Shown here piece by piece: positions 11,879-23,859 of a stretch of 64,000 nt of DNA; positions within the stretch are counted from its first letter, which is position 1; the number at the start of each line of letters is the position of its first letter. The position numbers and the translations under genes were made by a program. Under the pieces are notes generated by a model. It was not told the origin of the DNA. It saw only the letters and a list, made by a program, of their open reading frames with translations, and searched no databases. The stretch is from an uncultured delta proteobacterium. Lineage in GTDB: Bacteria; Myxococcota_A; Polyangia; Haliangiales; Haliangiaceae. The stretch spans positions 299,530-363,529 of the forward strand of contig CAVUQH010000002.1 in the NCBI GenBank assembly GCA_963743525.1, written 5' to 3'.

Positions 11879-12799
11879 CTAGCCGATACGCCGGGCCAGC
11901 TCGAGCACGGCCACGTCGCGCGGCGCCAGTGCGCGCGCCAGCGCGACGTGCTCGCGCGCGGCCTCGAGCTCGCCATCCTCGAGCGACTGCGCCGCCGCCT
12001 CGCGGTGGACGGCGACCAGCTCCGGCGCCCGTGACAGCGCCCGATCGGCGGCCTCGGCGCGGGACGCCTCGTCGTTCATCACCGCCGCCAGCCGGGCTGC
12101 GTGGGCCCAAAAGAACGGCGAGTGCTCGTACGCCGGGTTGGCTGCGGCGGCCTCCCTCATGTCGCTGACCGCAGCCGGCAGATCGCCCAGCCGCTCGGCG
12201 ATACGCGCCATGTCGAACCAGGCCCAGGAAAAGGCCGGCCGCCGCGCCAGCAGCTCTTCCAGCTCGTCGCGCGCGCGATCGAGCTTGCCGTCGCGGACCA
12301 GCGCCCGCGCCAGGCGCCAGCGCGGAGCCGGGGCGCCCTTGTCGCGGTTCAGGATCTCCTCTTCGACCCGGATCGCGGCGGCCGGCACCAGGTCGCCATC
12401 CTCGTCGAAGACGCCGTCGCGGAACTCGCCCTCGTCGTCGATCAACACCGCCTGACCCAGGACCCAGCCGAACAACCAGCGGTCGAGTGCGCTGCCCTCT
12501 TCCATCCACTCGCCGCTGTCCTGCTCCATCCGCCAGACCGCGCCGGTGTCGCGGTCGACGGCGAGGTCGTCGCCCTCGACCTCGCCGATCATCCACCGGC
12601 TGCCGTCGACCACCGCCTCCCGCGACGACACCAGCACCAGCGCGCCGTGGAACAGCTCGCCGCCGTCGAAGACGTGCCACACCGCGCGCAGCCCGCTGGG
12701 CAGCGCGGAGTCGAGCACCGCCTGCGGGGACTCCACGCGGTGGACCCCGTCGGCGTAGCGCGCCAATCGCTCGCGAACCCGTGTGGCCGCGTCGCTCAC
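11879..12799 (-). CDS. SMI1/KNR4-like N-terminal domain plus TPR repeats
   Basis: LPSGLRAVWHVFDGGELF resembles the SUKH/SMI1 core; TPR-like helices follow. Confidence 0.65.
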   Translation of the reverse strand: MSDAATRVRERLARYADGVHRVESPQAVLDSALPSGLRAVWHVFDGGELFHGALVLVSSREAVVDGSRWMIGEVEGDDLAVDRDTGAVWRMEQDSGEWMEEGSALDRWLFGWVLGQAVLIDDEGEFRDGVFDEDGDLVPAAAIRVEEEILNRDKGAPAPRWRLARALVRDGKLDRARDELEELLARRPAFSWAWFDMARIAERLGDLPAAVSDMREAAAANPAYEHSPFFWAHAARLAAVMNDEASRAEAADRALSRAPELVAVHREAAAQSLEDGELEAAREHVALARALAPRDVAVLELARRIG

Positions 12800-12805
12800 G
12801 ACGAC

Positions 12806-14845
<2,040 letters not shown>

Positions 14846-14957
14846 GGCCCGGCCCTCGAGGTGCGGTTGCGGTTCGGCGCCCGCTGGCGCAGTCCCCCTC
14901 TAAACGGGCTGAAACGTTACTAAATCAGCGGAGAACTGGTCAAGCTCGCGCGCCCGC

Positions 14958-15134
14958 TTACAGAACGGTCGTCAACGTGGGCCCCGGACCGGGCCCCGGA
15001 GGCTGCGGCTGGGCGCGCTGGGACGGCCACAGCGCGCGCTCGATGGAAGGGCCCCAGATCGCGGCCACCCCGACCCCCGCGATGAGGATCAAAGAGCCAA
15101 TGATCACGATGTCGTGCCACCAACTGCGCCGCAT
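14958..15134 (-). CDS. Small single-TM protein, Flp-pilin-like
   Basis: 58 aa; IVIIGSLILIAGVGVAAIWGPSIERALW; directly upstream of and co-oriented with the CpaF-like gene. Confidence 0.5.
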   Translation of the reverse strand: MRRSWWHDIVIIGSLILIAGVGVAAIWGPSIERALWPSQRAQPQPPGPGPGPTLTTVL

Positions 15135-15183
15135 GTGCCCGCCCGCTTGAACAAAGCGTAGCACGGGCCCGTCGACCCGGGGC

Positions 15184-15780
15184 ATGATGTCCTCTATGCA
15201 CGGAGCCCGCGCCGCCCGCCGGCTGGTCGTGGCCACCTGCGCCCTGGCGCTGGCCCACGCCGCCCCGGCCGAGGCCAAGAAGAAGGACAAGTACTACTAC
15301 GAGGTCCACGACGTCTCCCTGGCCAAGGGAATCCCCGACGCGATCTCGACCGCCGTGGCCAAACAACTGGCCGAGCGGATCGCCGCCAACCCCGAGCTGC
15401 TGGCCCAGCTCGACGGCGCGCCCGACCCCGAGAAGACGCCCAAGAAGTTCAAGCGTTACTTGAAGATAAAGCACCTTCGTGCTTTCAAGGTCAACGTCGA
15501 GGTGACCGCCTACAGCCACGAGCTCGAGCCGATGCCCGAGCCGCGCCGCGGCCAGTACCTGACCGTGTCGATCGATCTCCACGCCTTTGGCGAGACCATT
15601 CCCGACCGGGTGATGGCGTTCACCGGCAACGGCAGCGCCACCGTCAAGCTGGAGATCGGACGCAAGGTCAGGGATCGCGACTCCGAGGCCGCCAACCACG
15701 ACGCCATCGAGATGGCCATCGACAAGGCGCTGGCCGAGTCGATCAGCAAGCTGCGCAAGGGACCCAAAGCAAAAAAATAG
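15184..15780 (+). CDS. Hypothetical secreted protein
   Basis: Signal peptide ending APAEA; strong GC3 codon bias. Confidence 0.75.
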   Translation: MMSSMHGARAARRLVVATCALALAHAAPAEAKKKDKYYYEVHDVSLAKGIPDAISTAVAKQLAERIAANPELLAQLDGAPDPEKTPKKFKRYLKIKHLRAFKVNVEVTAYSHELEPMPEPRRGQYLTVSIDLHAFGETIPDRVMAFTGNGSATVKLEIGRKVRDRDSEAANHDAIEMAIDKALAESISKLRKGPKAKK

Positions 15781-15818
15781 GTCGGGCCCCGCGCGGCGCC
15801 GGCCGCGGGGCCCCGCCG

Positions 15819-16730
15819 GTGCGCGCCGTCGCGCTCGGCCTCTATCCCGGCACTGCCGATGGCGACTACGACCGGATGGTCAACGAGATCGCCGCGGTCG
15901 GCGCGACGCACGTCGCCCTGGTGGTCAGCTGGGCGCAGCACGACGTGCGCTCCGTGCGCATCGGATCGCGCCGGGACCAGACCGTCCCCGACGCCCTGGT
16001 CCAGCGGCTGGCCGACCGCGCCCGCGACCGCGGCCTCGCCGTCATCCTGTTCCCCATCCTGATCCTCGACCGCAACCGCCCCGGCGAGTGGCGTGGCACC
16101 CTGCGCCCGACCGACCCGGCCGTCTGGTGGCGCCAGTACGAGGCGTTCATCCTCCACTACGCCGACCTCGCCGCCGCCACCAGGGCCGATGTGCTGTTCG
16201 TCGGCAGCGAGCTGGGCTCGACCGAGGGCTGGCGCGAGCGCTGGCAGCACCTGGTTGGCCAGGCCAAGCGGCGCTTCACCGGCCGCATTGCCTACAGCGC
16301 CAACTGGGACCACTACCAGAAGGTCAGCTTCTGGCGCCGGCTGGACATCCTCGGGGTCACCGGCTACTTCGAGCTGACCCGCGACCACGACGCGAGAGTG
16401 CCCGAGCTGATGCGCGCCTGGGCCGTCGCGCGAAAGGCGCTGCTGGCCTTCGCCGCCGCGCGGCCCGGCCCTGCCCTGTGGCTATCCGAGGTCGGCTACG
16501 TCAGCCGCGACGGCGCCGCCACCCGACCCTGGGACTACACGCTGTCGGCCAAGATCGACCTCGAGGAGCAGCGACGCTGCTACGAGGCGCTGCGGCGAAC
16601 CTGGACCGGCACCACCGAGTTGGGCGGCGTGGTCATCTGGAACTGGCTGGGCACCGGCGGCCCCCGCGACGGCGGCTACACCCCGCGAGGCAAACCCGCC
16701 GAGCGCGAGCTGCGAACCTGGTTCCGCTAG
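15819..16730 (+). CDS. Glycoside hydrolase family 113 (TIM barrel)
   Basis: GEWRG, VGSEL, YSANWD, GVTGYF and SEVGY motifs; the N-terminus may be incomplete. Confidence 0.85.
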   Translation: MRAVALGLYPGTADGDYDRMVNEIAAVGATHVALVVSWAQHDVRSVRIGSRRDQTVPDALVQRLADRARDRGLAVILFPILILDRNRPGEWRGTLRPTDPAVWWRQYEAFILHYADLAAATRADVLFVGSELGSTEGWRERWQHLVGQAKRRFTGRIAYSANWDHYQKVSFWRRLDILGVTGYFELTRDHDARVPELMRAWAVARKALLAFAAARPGPALWLSEVGYVSRDGAATRPWDYTLSAKIDLEEQRRCYEALRRTWTGTTELGGVVIWNWLGTGGPRDGGYTPRGKPAERELRTWFR

Positions 16731-16781
16731 CCGGACGCACCCGAGCGAGGGCGAGACGTACTCGCCCCCGCCCCGGCCCGC

Positions 16782-17099
16782 TCACCGAATCAGCACGAAC
16801 AACGTCGCCGTCACCCGGTCGAAGCGATCCATCAGCCCCGCGTCCAGCGCCTCCACATAGCCCATCGCCTCCGCGACCCGCAAATTCGCCACCGTCTCCC
16901 GCGCCGAGCCCAATGCACTGTCGTACCGCGCCCGCCGCGTACCGCCCCGACTGCCCTCGCCCTCGGCCAGATTCAACACGATCGACATCGCCGACCGCCG
17001 CAATTGCCTGGCCTGGTCCTTGTCGTACGTCTCGATCTGCCCGGCCAGCCCCCTGACGTCACGAACCAACTCGATGCAAACAGCCTGAATACGAAGCAT
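16782..17099 (-). CDS. Four-helix-bundle protein (23S rRNA intervening-sequence protein family)
   Basis: QLRRSAMSIVLNLAEG...ALGSARET motifs; GGAGAGGA RBS upstream. Confidence 0.9.
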   Translation of the reverse strand: MLRIQAVCIELVRDVRGLAGQIETYDKDQARQLRRSAMSIVLNLAEGEGSRGGTRRARYDSALGSARETVANLRVAEAMGYVEALDAGLMDRFDRVTATLFVLIR

Positions 17100-17149
17100 C
17101 CGATCCTCTCCTTGCGAAAGTGAGGCATCCCCACCCGCCCAGCGCGCAG

Positions 17150-17206
17150 GCGGGGTCAAGAGCGCGAAGCGGCGCGCGCTCCGCGCGCGCGAACTCTTGA
17201 CGCCGC
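17150..17206. repeat. Inverted repeat/hairpin GCGGGGTCAAGAG...CTCTTGACGCCGC
   Basis: 13-bp arms with one mismatch enclosing a GC-rich loop. Confidence 0.7.
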
Positions 17207-17306
17207 CGAGCACTGGGCGACGATCGAAACTCACGAGCGCGAGCCAGCCCCACCACCGCGGGGAAGCGAGCCGCAACCCCGCAACCCCGCGGCCCCGGTC
17301 CCAGCC

Positions 17307-17812
17307 CCGGAGACGGACCCAGACCCACACGCGGAGACGGACCCGGAGACGGACCCAGACCCGGACCCGGACCCGGACCCGGACCCGGACCCGGACCCGG
17401 ACCCGGACCCGGACCCGGACCCGGACCCGGACCCGGACACGGACACGGACCCGGACCCGGACCCGGACCCGGACCCGGACCCGGACCCGGACCCGGACCC
17501 GGACCCGGACCCGGACCCGGACCCGGACCCGGACCCGGACACGGACCCGGACCCGGACACGGACCCGGACCCGGACCCGGACCCGGACCCGGACACGGAC
17601 CCGGACACGCCCCCGGACGCGGACACGGACGCGGCCCCGGACACGGACACGGACACGCCCCCGGACGCGGACACGGACACGCCCCCGGACACGGACACGG
17701 ACACGGACACGGACACGGACACGGACCCGGACACGCCCCCGGACGCGGCCCCGGACACGGACACCGGCGCGGACCCGGCCCCGGACGCGGAGACGCGCCC
17801 CCGCCCCCGCCC
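17307..17812. repeat. Hexanucleotide tandem array (CCGGAC/ACGGAC)n, roughly 80 units, degenerate at both ends
   Basis: Directly visible; the near-perfect core is about 17359-17595. Confidence 0.97.
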
Positions 17813-19003
17813 CTACTCGACCAGCTTACCCATCCGCTGCCACTGCTGCCCGCCGGCATACGACGGCCGCGTGGACCACCAGATGAACAACGCCTTGCCC
17901 TTGATGTTCTCGATCGGCACCGGGCCCCAGATCCGCGAGTCGCTCGACTGATCGCGGTTGTCGCCCATGACGAACACGTGATCGGGCGGAACCACGTACT
18001 CCATCTCGCGCTGGCACTTCCCCGGCGCAGCCCGCTCGTTCACCTCCACCAGCTGCCCCTCGGCAGCGCGCGTCTGCGCCGGCGTGCGGCCCGGCTCGTC
18101 GGCGCCACGACAGCTGGGCTGGATGAAGGTCTCGCCCGCGCGGTTGACCCGGCGCCACCGGGTCGAGCTGTCGGGAAAGTCGTGCGGCCCGGGATCATCT
18201 CGCTTGGGTGACCGGACCGGGTCGTAGTAGGTGGTGTACGTGGCGTCGCCGTGGTGCTCGATCCATTTGCTGCAGCGACAGCTGGCCCACTGGTCGCCGG
18301 GCTTGGCCTTCGGGCACAGCAGCGACCCGTCGCGCGCCTGCTTGCCCACGCCCTGGGCGATCACCTCGCCCTGCTCCTCGAAGTCCCAATAGGCGCACGG
18401 GCTGGGGTCCAGCGTCTGCTGCACCTCTTCGCCGTTGACGAACAGCGTGTCGCAGCGGATCTCCACGTGGTCACCAGGCAGCGCCACGATCCGCTTGATG
18501 AAGTCCTTCTCCGGCTCGCACGGGTAGACGAACACCGCCACCTCACCGCGCCGCGGCTTGCGCCAGTCGAAGATCTTGGTGTTGGTGAACGGCACCCGCA
18601 CGCCGTAGAGGAACTTGTTGACGAAGATGTGGTCGCCGATCTGCATGGTCGGCACCATGCTGCCGGACGGAATCTTGAACGCCTCGATGACGAAGGCGCG
18701 CAGGAGCAGCGCGATCATCACCGCCATGCCGATCGACTCGGCGTACTCGCGCAAGGTCAACTTGCGGGCGAACGACAGGTGTTCGTCGACCAGCTCGTCG
18801 AGGACGACCATGTTGGCGCGCAGCGCATCGCCGTCGCCCTCGTCCGCCGCGGTCGCCACCGCGTTCAGCCGCGCGCTCATGCCCTCGGCGATCGAGGTCG
18901 GCAGCCGGTCGCGGTGCCGGCGCAGACCGCGGCGAGCCTCGCGCGCGAGAGCCCTGGCTTCGCGGCGAACCTGGCGGTCCATCCTGGCAGCAGAAATCGC
19001 CAT
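17813..19003 (-). CDS. lepB: Signal peptidase I, copy 2
   Basis: IPSGSMVPT (catalytic Ser), DFIKR (catalytic Lys) and GDNRDQSSDSR motifs. Confidence 0.92.
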   Translation of the reverse strand: MAISAARMDRQVRREARALAREARRGLRRHRDRLPTSIAEGMSARLNAVATAADEGDGDALRANMVVLDELVDEHLSFARKLTLREYAESIGMAVMIALLLRAFVIEAFKIPSGSMVPTMQIGDHIFVNKFLYGVRVPFTNTKIFDWRKPRRGEVAVFVYPCEPEKDFIKRIVALPGDHVEIRCDTLFVNGEEVQQTLDPSPCAYWDFEEQGEVIAQGVGKQARDGSLLCPKAKPGDQWASCRCSKWIEHHGDATYTTYYDPVRSPKRDDPGPHDFPDSSTRWRRVNRAGETFIQPSCRGADEPGRTPAQTRAAEGQLVEVNERAAPGKCQREMEYVVPPDHVFVMGDNRDQSSDSRIWGPVPIENIKGKALFIWWSTRPSYAGGQQWQRMGKLVE

Positions 19004-19007
19004 CTCG

Positions 19008-20408
19008 TCAGCGCACGATTTTGCCCACGCGTTGCCACAAGACGCCACCCGCGCGGGCCGGCTTCTGCGACCACCAGATGAATAGCGCCTTGCCCTTGAT
19101 GTTCTCGATCGGCACCGAGCCCCACTTGCGCGAGTCCTTGGAGTTCTCCCGGTTGTCGCCCATGGCGAAGACGTCGCCGTCCGGAACCACATAGGCGACC
19201 TTGGGACCACACGGTCCCGCCCCCGGCGCATCGGCCGGAGCAAGCTTCAGGTGGGCGCGGGCGGCGTAGCGCTCGTCGGCTGTGATGTCACCGTCGGACG
19301 CCTTGCAGGTGGCCGGGTCCGGGAGCCACGACAGCACGTCGGCGGCCGACAGGCAGTCGGCGATGCGGCACCACGGCTCGGCGCGGTATTTCTCCGACAG
19401 CTCGTGGGCCAGTGCCGCCGGCGACTCGCCCTGCAGTACCCGCCGCACCGCCGCCATCTTGTCCGGCCCGGACGGCTCGACCGGGGTCCCGTCGGGCGCC
19501 AGCGCGTCGGCCATCCCCGGTCGCGGCAGCGACGGGAAGTCGTTCTCGCCGTAGTACAGCTGTTCCTCGCCGTGGCCCGGCCGCGACGGCAGATACGACC
19601 AGTAGGTTGCCCCCGTCCGCGGCTGCGCGCGCCGCTCCTCGCGCACCGGGCGGTCGGCGTCGTAGTAGACCAGGTCGGTCCGGCCCGACGGCAGATGCTC
19701 GGTGTACGCCGCCGCCGGACACAGGCCCCAGTGGTCGCTGTGACCGTAGTACTGGCACTTGGGGTCCCAGCCGTTGGCGTTGAAATCCCAGTAGGTGACG
19801 TGCGGGTCGGCCAGCGTGGTGTTGACCGGCTTGCCGTTGACCCACAGCTCGTCGCAGCGGACCTCGACGGTGTCGCCGGCGACCGCAACCACCCGCTTGA
19901 TGTAGTCCTTGTCCGGATCGCACGGGTAGCGGAAGACGATGACGTCGCCCCGCTCCGGCTGGTGCCAGTCGAAGATCTTCTTGTCCGAGAACGGCAGCCG
20001 CAGGCCGTAGACCAGCTTGTTGACGAACAGGTGGTCACCGACCTCCATGGTCGGATACATCGACCCGGACGGGATCTTGAACGCCTCCAGCACGAAGGCG
20101 CGCAACATCAGCGCGATGATCACCGCGGCGCCGATCGACTCGACGTACTCGCGCATCGGCGACTTGCGGGTGAACGCCAGGTGCTCGTCGACCAGCTCGT
20201 CGAGACCGACCAGCTCGGTGCGCAGGACGTCGCCGTCACCGCCGGTGCGCGCCGCATCCAGGGCGTCGGCGCCCAGGCGCAGCTGGTCGCGGATCCCCGG
20301 CGGCACCCGGTCGCCGTGGCCGCGCAGCCCGCGACGCGCCTCCTTGGCCAGCGCGCGGGCCTCGCGCTCTACGCGGCGGGCGATGCGGCTGGCGGGCATG
20401 ACGGCCAT
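19008..20408 (-). CDS. lepB: Signal peptidase I, copy 1
   Basis: IPSGSMYPT, DYIKR and GDNRENSKDSR motifs; lies directly after lepA. Confidence 0.92.
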   Translation of the reverse strand: MAVMPASRIARRVEREARALAKEARRGLRGHGDRVPPGIRDQLRLGADALDAARTGGDGDVLRTELVGLDELVDEHLAFTRKSPMREYVESIGAAVIIALMLRAFVLEAFKIPSGSMYPTMEVGDHLFVNKLVYGLRLPFSDKKIFDWHQPERGDVIVFRYPCDPDKDYIKRVVAVAGDTVEVRCDELWVNGKPVNTTLADPHVTYWDFNANGWDPKCQYYGHSDHWGLCPAAAYTEHLPSGRTDLVYYDADRPVREERRAQPRTGATYWSYLPSRPGHGEEQLYYGENDFPSLPRPGMADALAPDGTPVEPSGPDKMAAVRRVLQGESPAALAHELSEKYRAEPWCRIADCLSAADVLSWLPDPATCKASDGDITADERYAARAHLKLAPADAPGAGPCGPKVAYVVPDGDVFAMGDNRENSKDSRKWGSVPIENIKGKALFIWWSQKPARAGGVLWQRVGKIVR

Positions 20409-20419
20409 GGATCGGCTAC

Positions 20420-22219
<1,800 letters not shown>

Positions 22220-22283
22220 GGGGGCGCTGCTGTCTACCATACTCGCGGGCGCCGCACTCGCGGACGGCGCGCCTGCGCAGGAT

Positions 22284-22475
22284 TCATTCGGGGCGGCGCT
22301 CGAACGGCAGCGGGGCCTGGCCGGGCAGGAGATCGGCGTACTTCTCCAGCACGAGGTCGATTCCCTGGCGGATGTACTCGGCCATGGGCACCTTGGTCCG
22401 CTCGTTGAGCTGCTTGAGCAGAGCGTCCTGCTCCGGTGTGATGTACACCGTCGTGGAGACCTTCTTCCGCGACAT
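22284..22475 (-). CDS. Ribbon-helix-helix DNA-binding protein
   Basis: 63 aa; STTVYI beta-strand followed by two helices ([13 protein letters not shown]). Confidence 0.85.
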   Translation of the reverse strand: MSRKKVSTTVYITPEQDALLKQLNERTKVPMAEYIRQGIDLVLEKYADLLPGQAPLPFERRPE

Positions 22476-22483
22476 TTGCCGTT

Positions 22484-22512
22484 ACCATACGTGGCACTAC
22501 GTGCGCGGTCAA
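22484..22512 (-). promoter_or_regulatory. sigma70-type promoter of the RHH-lepA-lepB operon
   Basis: TTGACC-N17-TATGGT ending 8 nt before the ATG. Confidence 0.7.
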
Positions 22513-22592
22513 TGTGACCGGCGCCAAGCCTGCTCGGTCCCGTGATCCGCTCCGCTTGCACGCGCCCCCGGGTGCGGCTACGCTCTTGAACC

Positions 22593-23379
22593 ATGGGAAA
22601 TCACTTGGCCTCGTCCGCCCGCGGTCGGCTCATCGCAGTGGCGCTGGGCGCCCTGGCGTTGGCACCCGCGGCGTGCGGCGGCAAGAGCAAGCAGGTTCAG
22701 AACCCGTCCGAGGTCAAGGGCGACACCTCGCGCCCAGGTACCGGAGGTCGATCCCAGCCTGTGTGAGGCCGAGGGCAAGGACGTCGAGAGCTACGACCTC
22801 AACGGCGACGACAAGCCCGACGTGTGGAAGCTGTTCAAGCTCGAGAAGGACAGCACCGGCGGCACCTCGCGCATCCTCACCTGCAAGCAGGCCGACCTCA
22901 ACTTCGACGGCAAGAAGGACTACGTGGTCGCCTTCAACGACCAGGGCGGCATCCTGTTCGAGAAGTTCGACTTCGACTTCCAGAAGGGCTTCGACGCCTT
23001 CTACAAGTACGAGGAGATTGAGGGCGAGAAGGCCAAGAGCGCCCTCTACGAGGTCCAGCGCGACTCGAACTTCGACGGCAAGTACGACATCGTCGAGAAG
23101 TACGACACCAAGACCGGGCAGCTCACCGAGGTCCAGCGCGACACCAACGGCGACCTCAAGCCGGACGTGTGGGAGCAGTACGAAAAGGGCGAGCTGGTCG
23201 CCATCCTCTACGACGACGAGCCGTACGACGGCAAGGTCGACCGGCGCGAGGAGATCAAGAAGGAAGAGGACGACAAGAAGCCGGCCGACGCGACCAAGGT
23301 CCCGGCCGGCCAGGACGCGGCCGCGCCCGCAGAGGGCAGCGACAGCGCCGCCGCCGGCGACCAGCCGGCGTCCAAGTAG
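22593..23379 (+). CDS. Lipoprotein with DxNxDGxxD Ca-binding-type repeats (CglD-like); frameshift near 22730
   Basis: ATG 22593 gives the lipobox PAAC-GG; another frame carries [27 protein letters not shown] and DTNGDLKPD. Confidence 0.7.
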
Positions 23380-23745
23380 CTACGGCGCGCTGGTTCCCTC
23401 GCGCCCGTACCGATCTTCCAGTCTGACCACGTCGTCGAGCTCCGGCGTCGACACCTCGACGATGTCGGTGTCCTCGAGCGCGGTCATCCGGTGGCGCAGC
23501 CCCGGCGTGACGTGGAACGGCACCCGCGGCTCGAGCACCGTCTTCTGCGGCGCCTCGCCCTCGCCGTAATGCTCGAACTCGATCCGCCCCGAGAGGACCA
23601 TGATCGTCTCCTCTTTGACCTCGTGGTACTGCAGCGACAGGCTCTCACCCGCCTTGATGTGCAGGATCTTGCCCACGTAGCGGTCGGTCCTGGCCCAGAT
23701 CAGCTCGTGGCCCCAGGGCTTGTTGACAGTCATCGGCTCGCTCAT
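23380..23745 (-). CDS. Cupin domain protein (mannose-6-phosphate isomerase type II-like)
   Basis: KPWG, SLSLQYHEVKEET, PGLRHRM and EVSTPELDDVVRLEDRYGR motifs. Confidence 0.88.
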   Translation of the reverse strand: MSEPMTVNKPWGHELIWARTDRYVGKILHIKAGESLSLQYHEVKEETIMVLSGRIEFEHYGEGEAPQKTVLEPRVPFHVTPGLRHRMTALEDTDIVEVSTPELDDVVRLEDRYGREGTSAP

Positions 23746-23772
23746 TGCCCGCACCATACTAGCGCCCCAAAC

Positions 23773-23859
23773 CGGGGTCAGATCCAACTAATGAAACTTA
23801 GGCGCCAAGGATTTCGGGCGGGTGCGGAGCGCAAGTTTCAAAAGTTGGATCTGACCCCG
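23773..23859. mobile_element. 87-bp MITE/REP-like element with terminal inverted repeats
   Basis: CGGGGTCAGATCCAACT...AGTTGGATCTGACCCCG is a perfect 17-bp IR, extendable to ~27 bp with 2 mismatches; AT-richer than its flanks. Confidence 0.65.

Noticed and set aside
16782..17099. Diversity-generating retroelement (Avd-like gene)
   Set aside because: No reverse transcriptase or template/variable repeat pair is present in the window.
17307..17812. Possible CRISPR array
   Set aside because: There are no unique spacers, the unit is only 6 bp, and no cas genes are present.
17059..17886. ORFs encoding poly-(RT), poly-(GS) and poly-(GP)
   Set aside because: These are by-products of a stop-free hexamer array, with no RBS or domain evidence.
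22284..22475. CdbA nucleoid protein
   Set aside because: It shares the RHH fold, but the sequence does not match the CdbA pattern as I recall it, so it is left unnamed.
22492..22506. sigma54 promoter on the + strand (TGGCAC-N-GC)
   Set aside because: The -12 element is poor, and the site is better explained as the spacer of the minus-strand sigma70 promoter.
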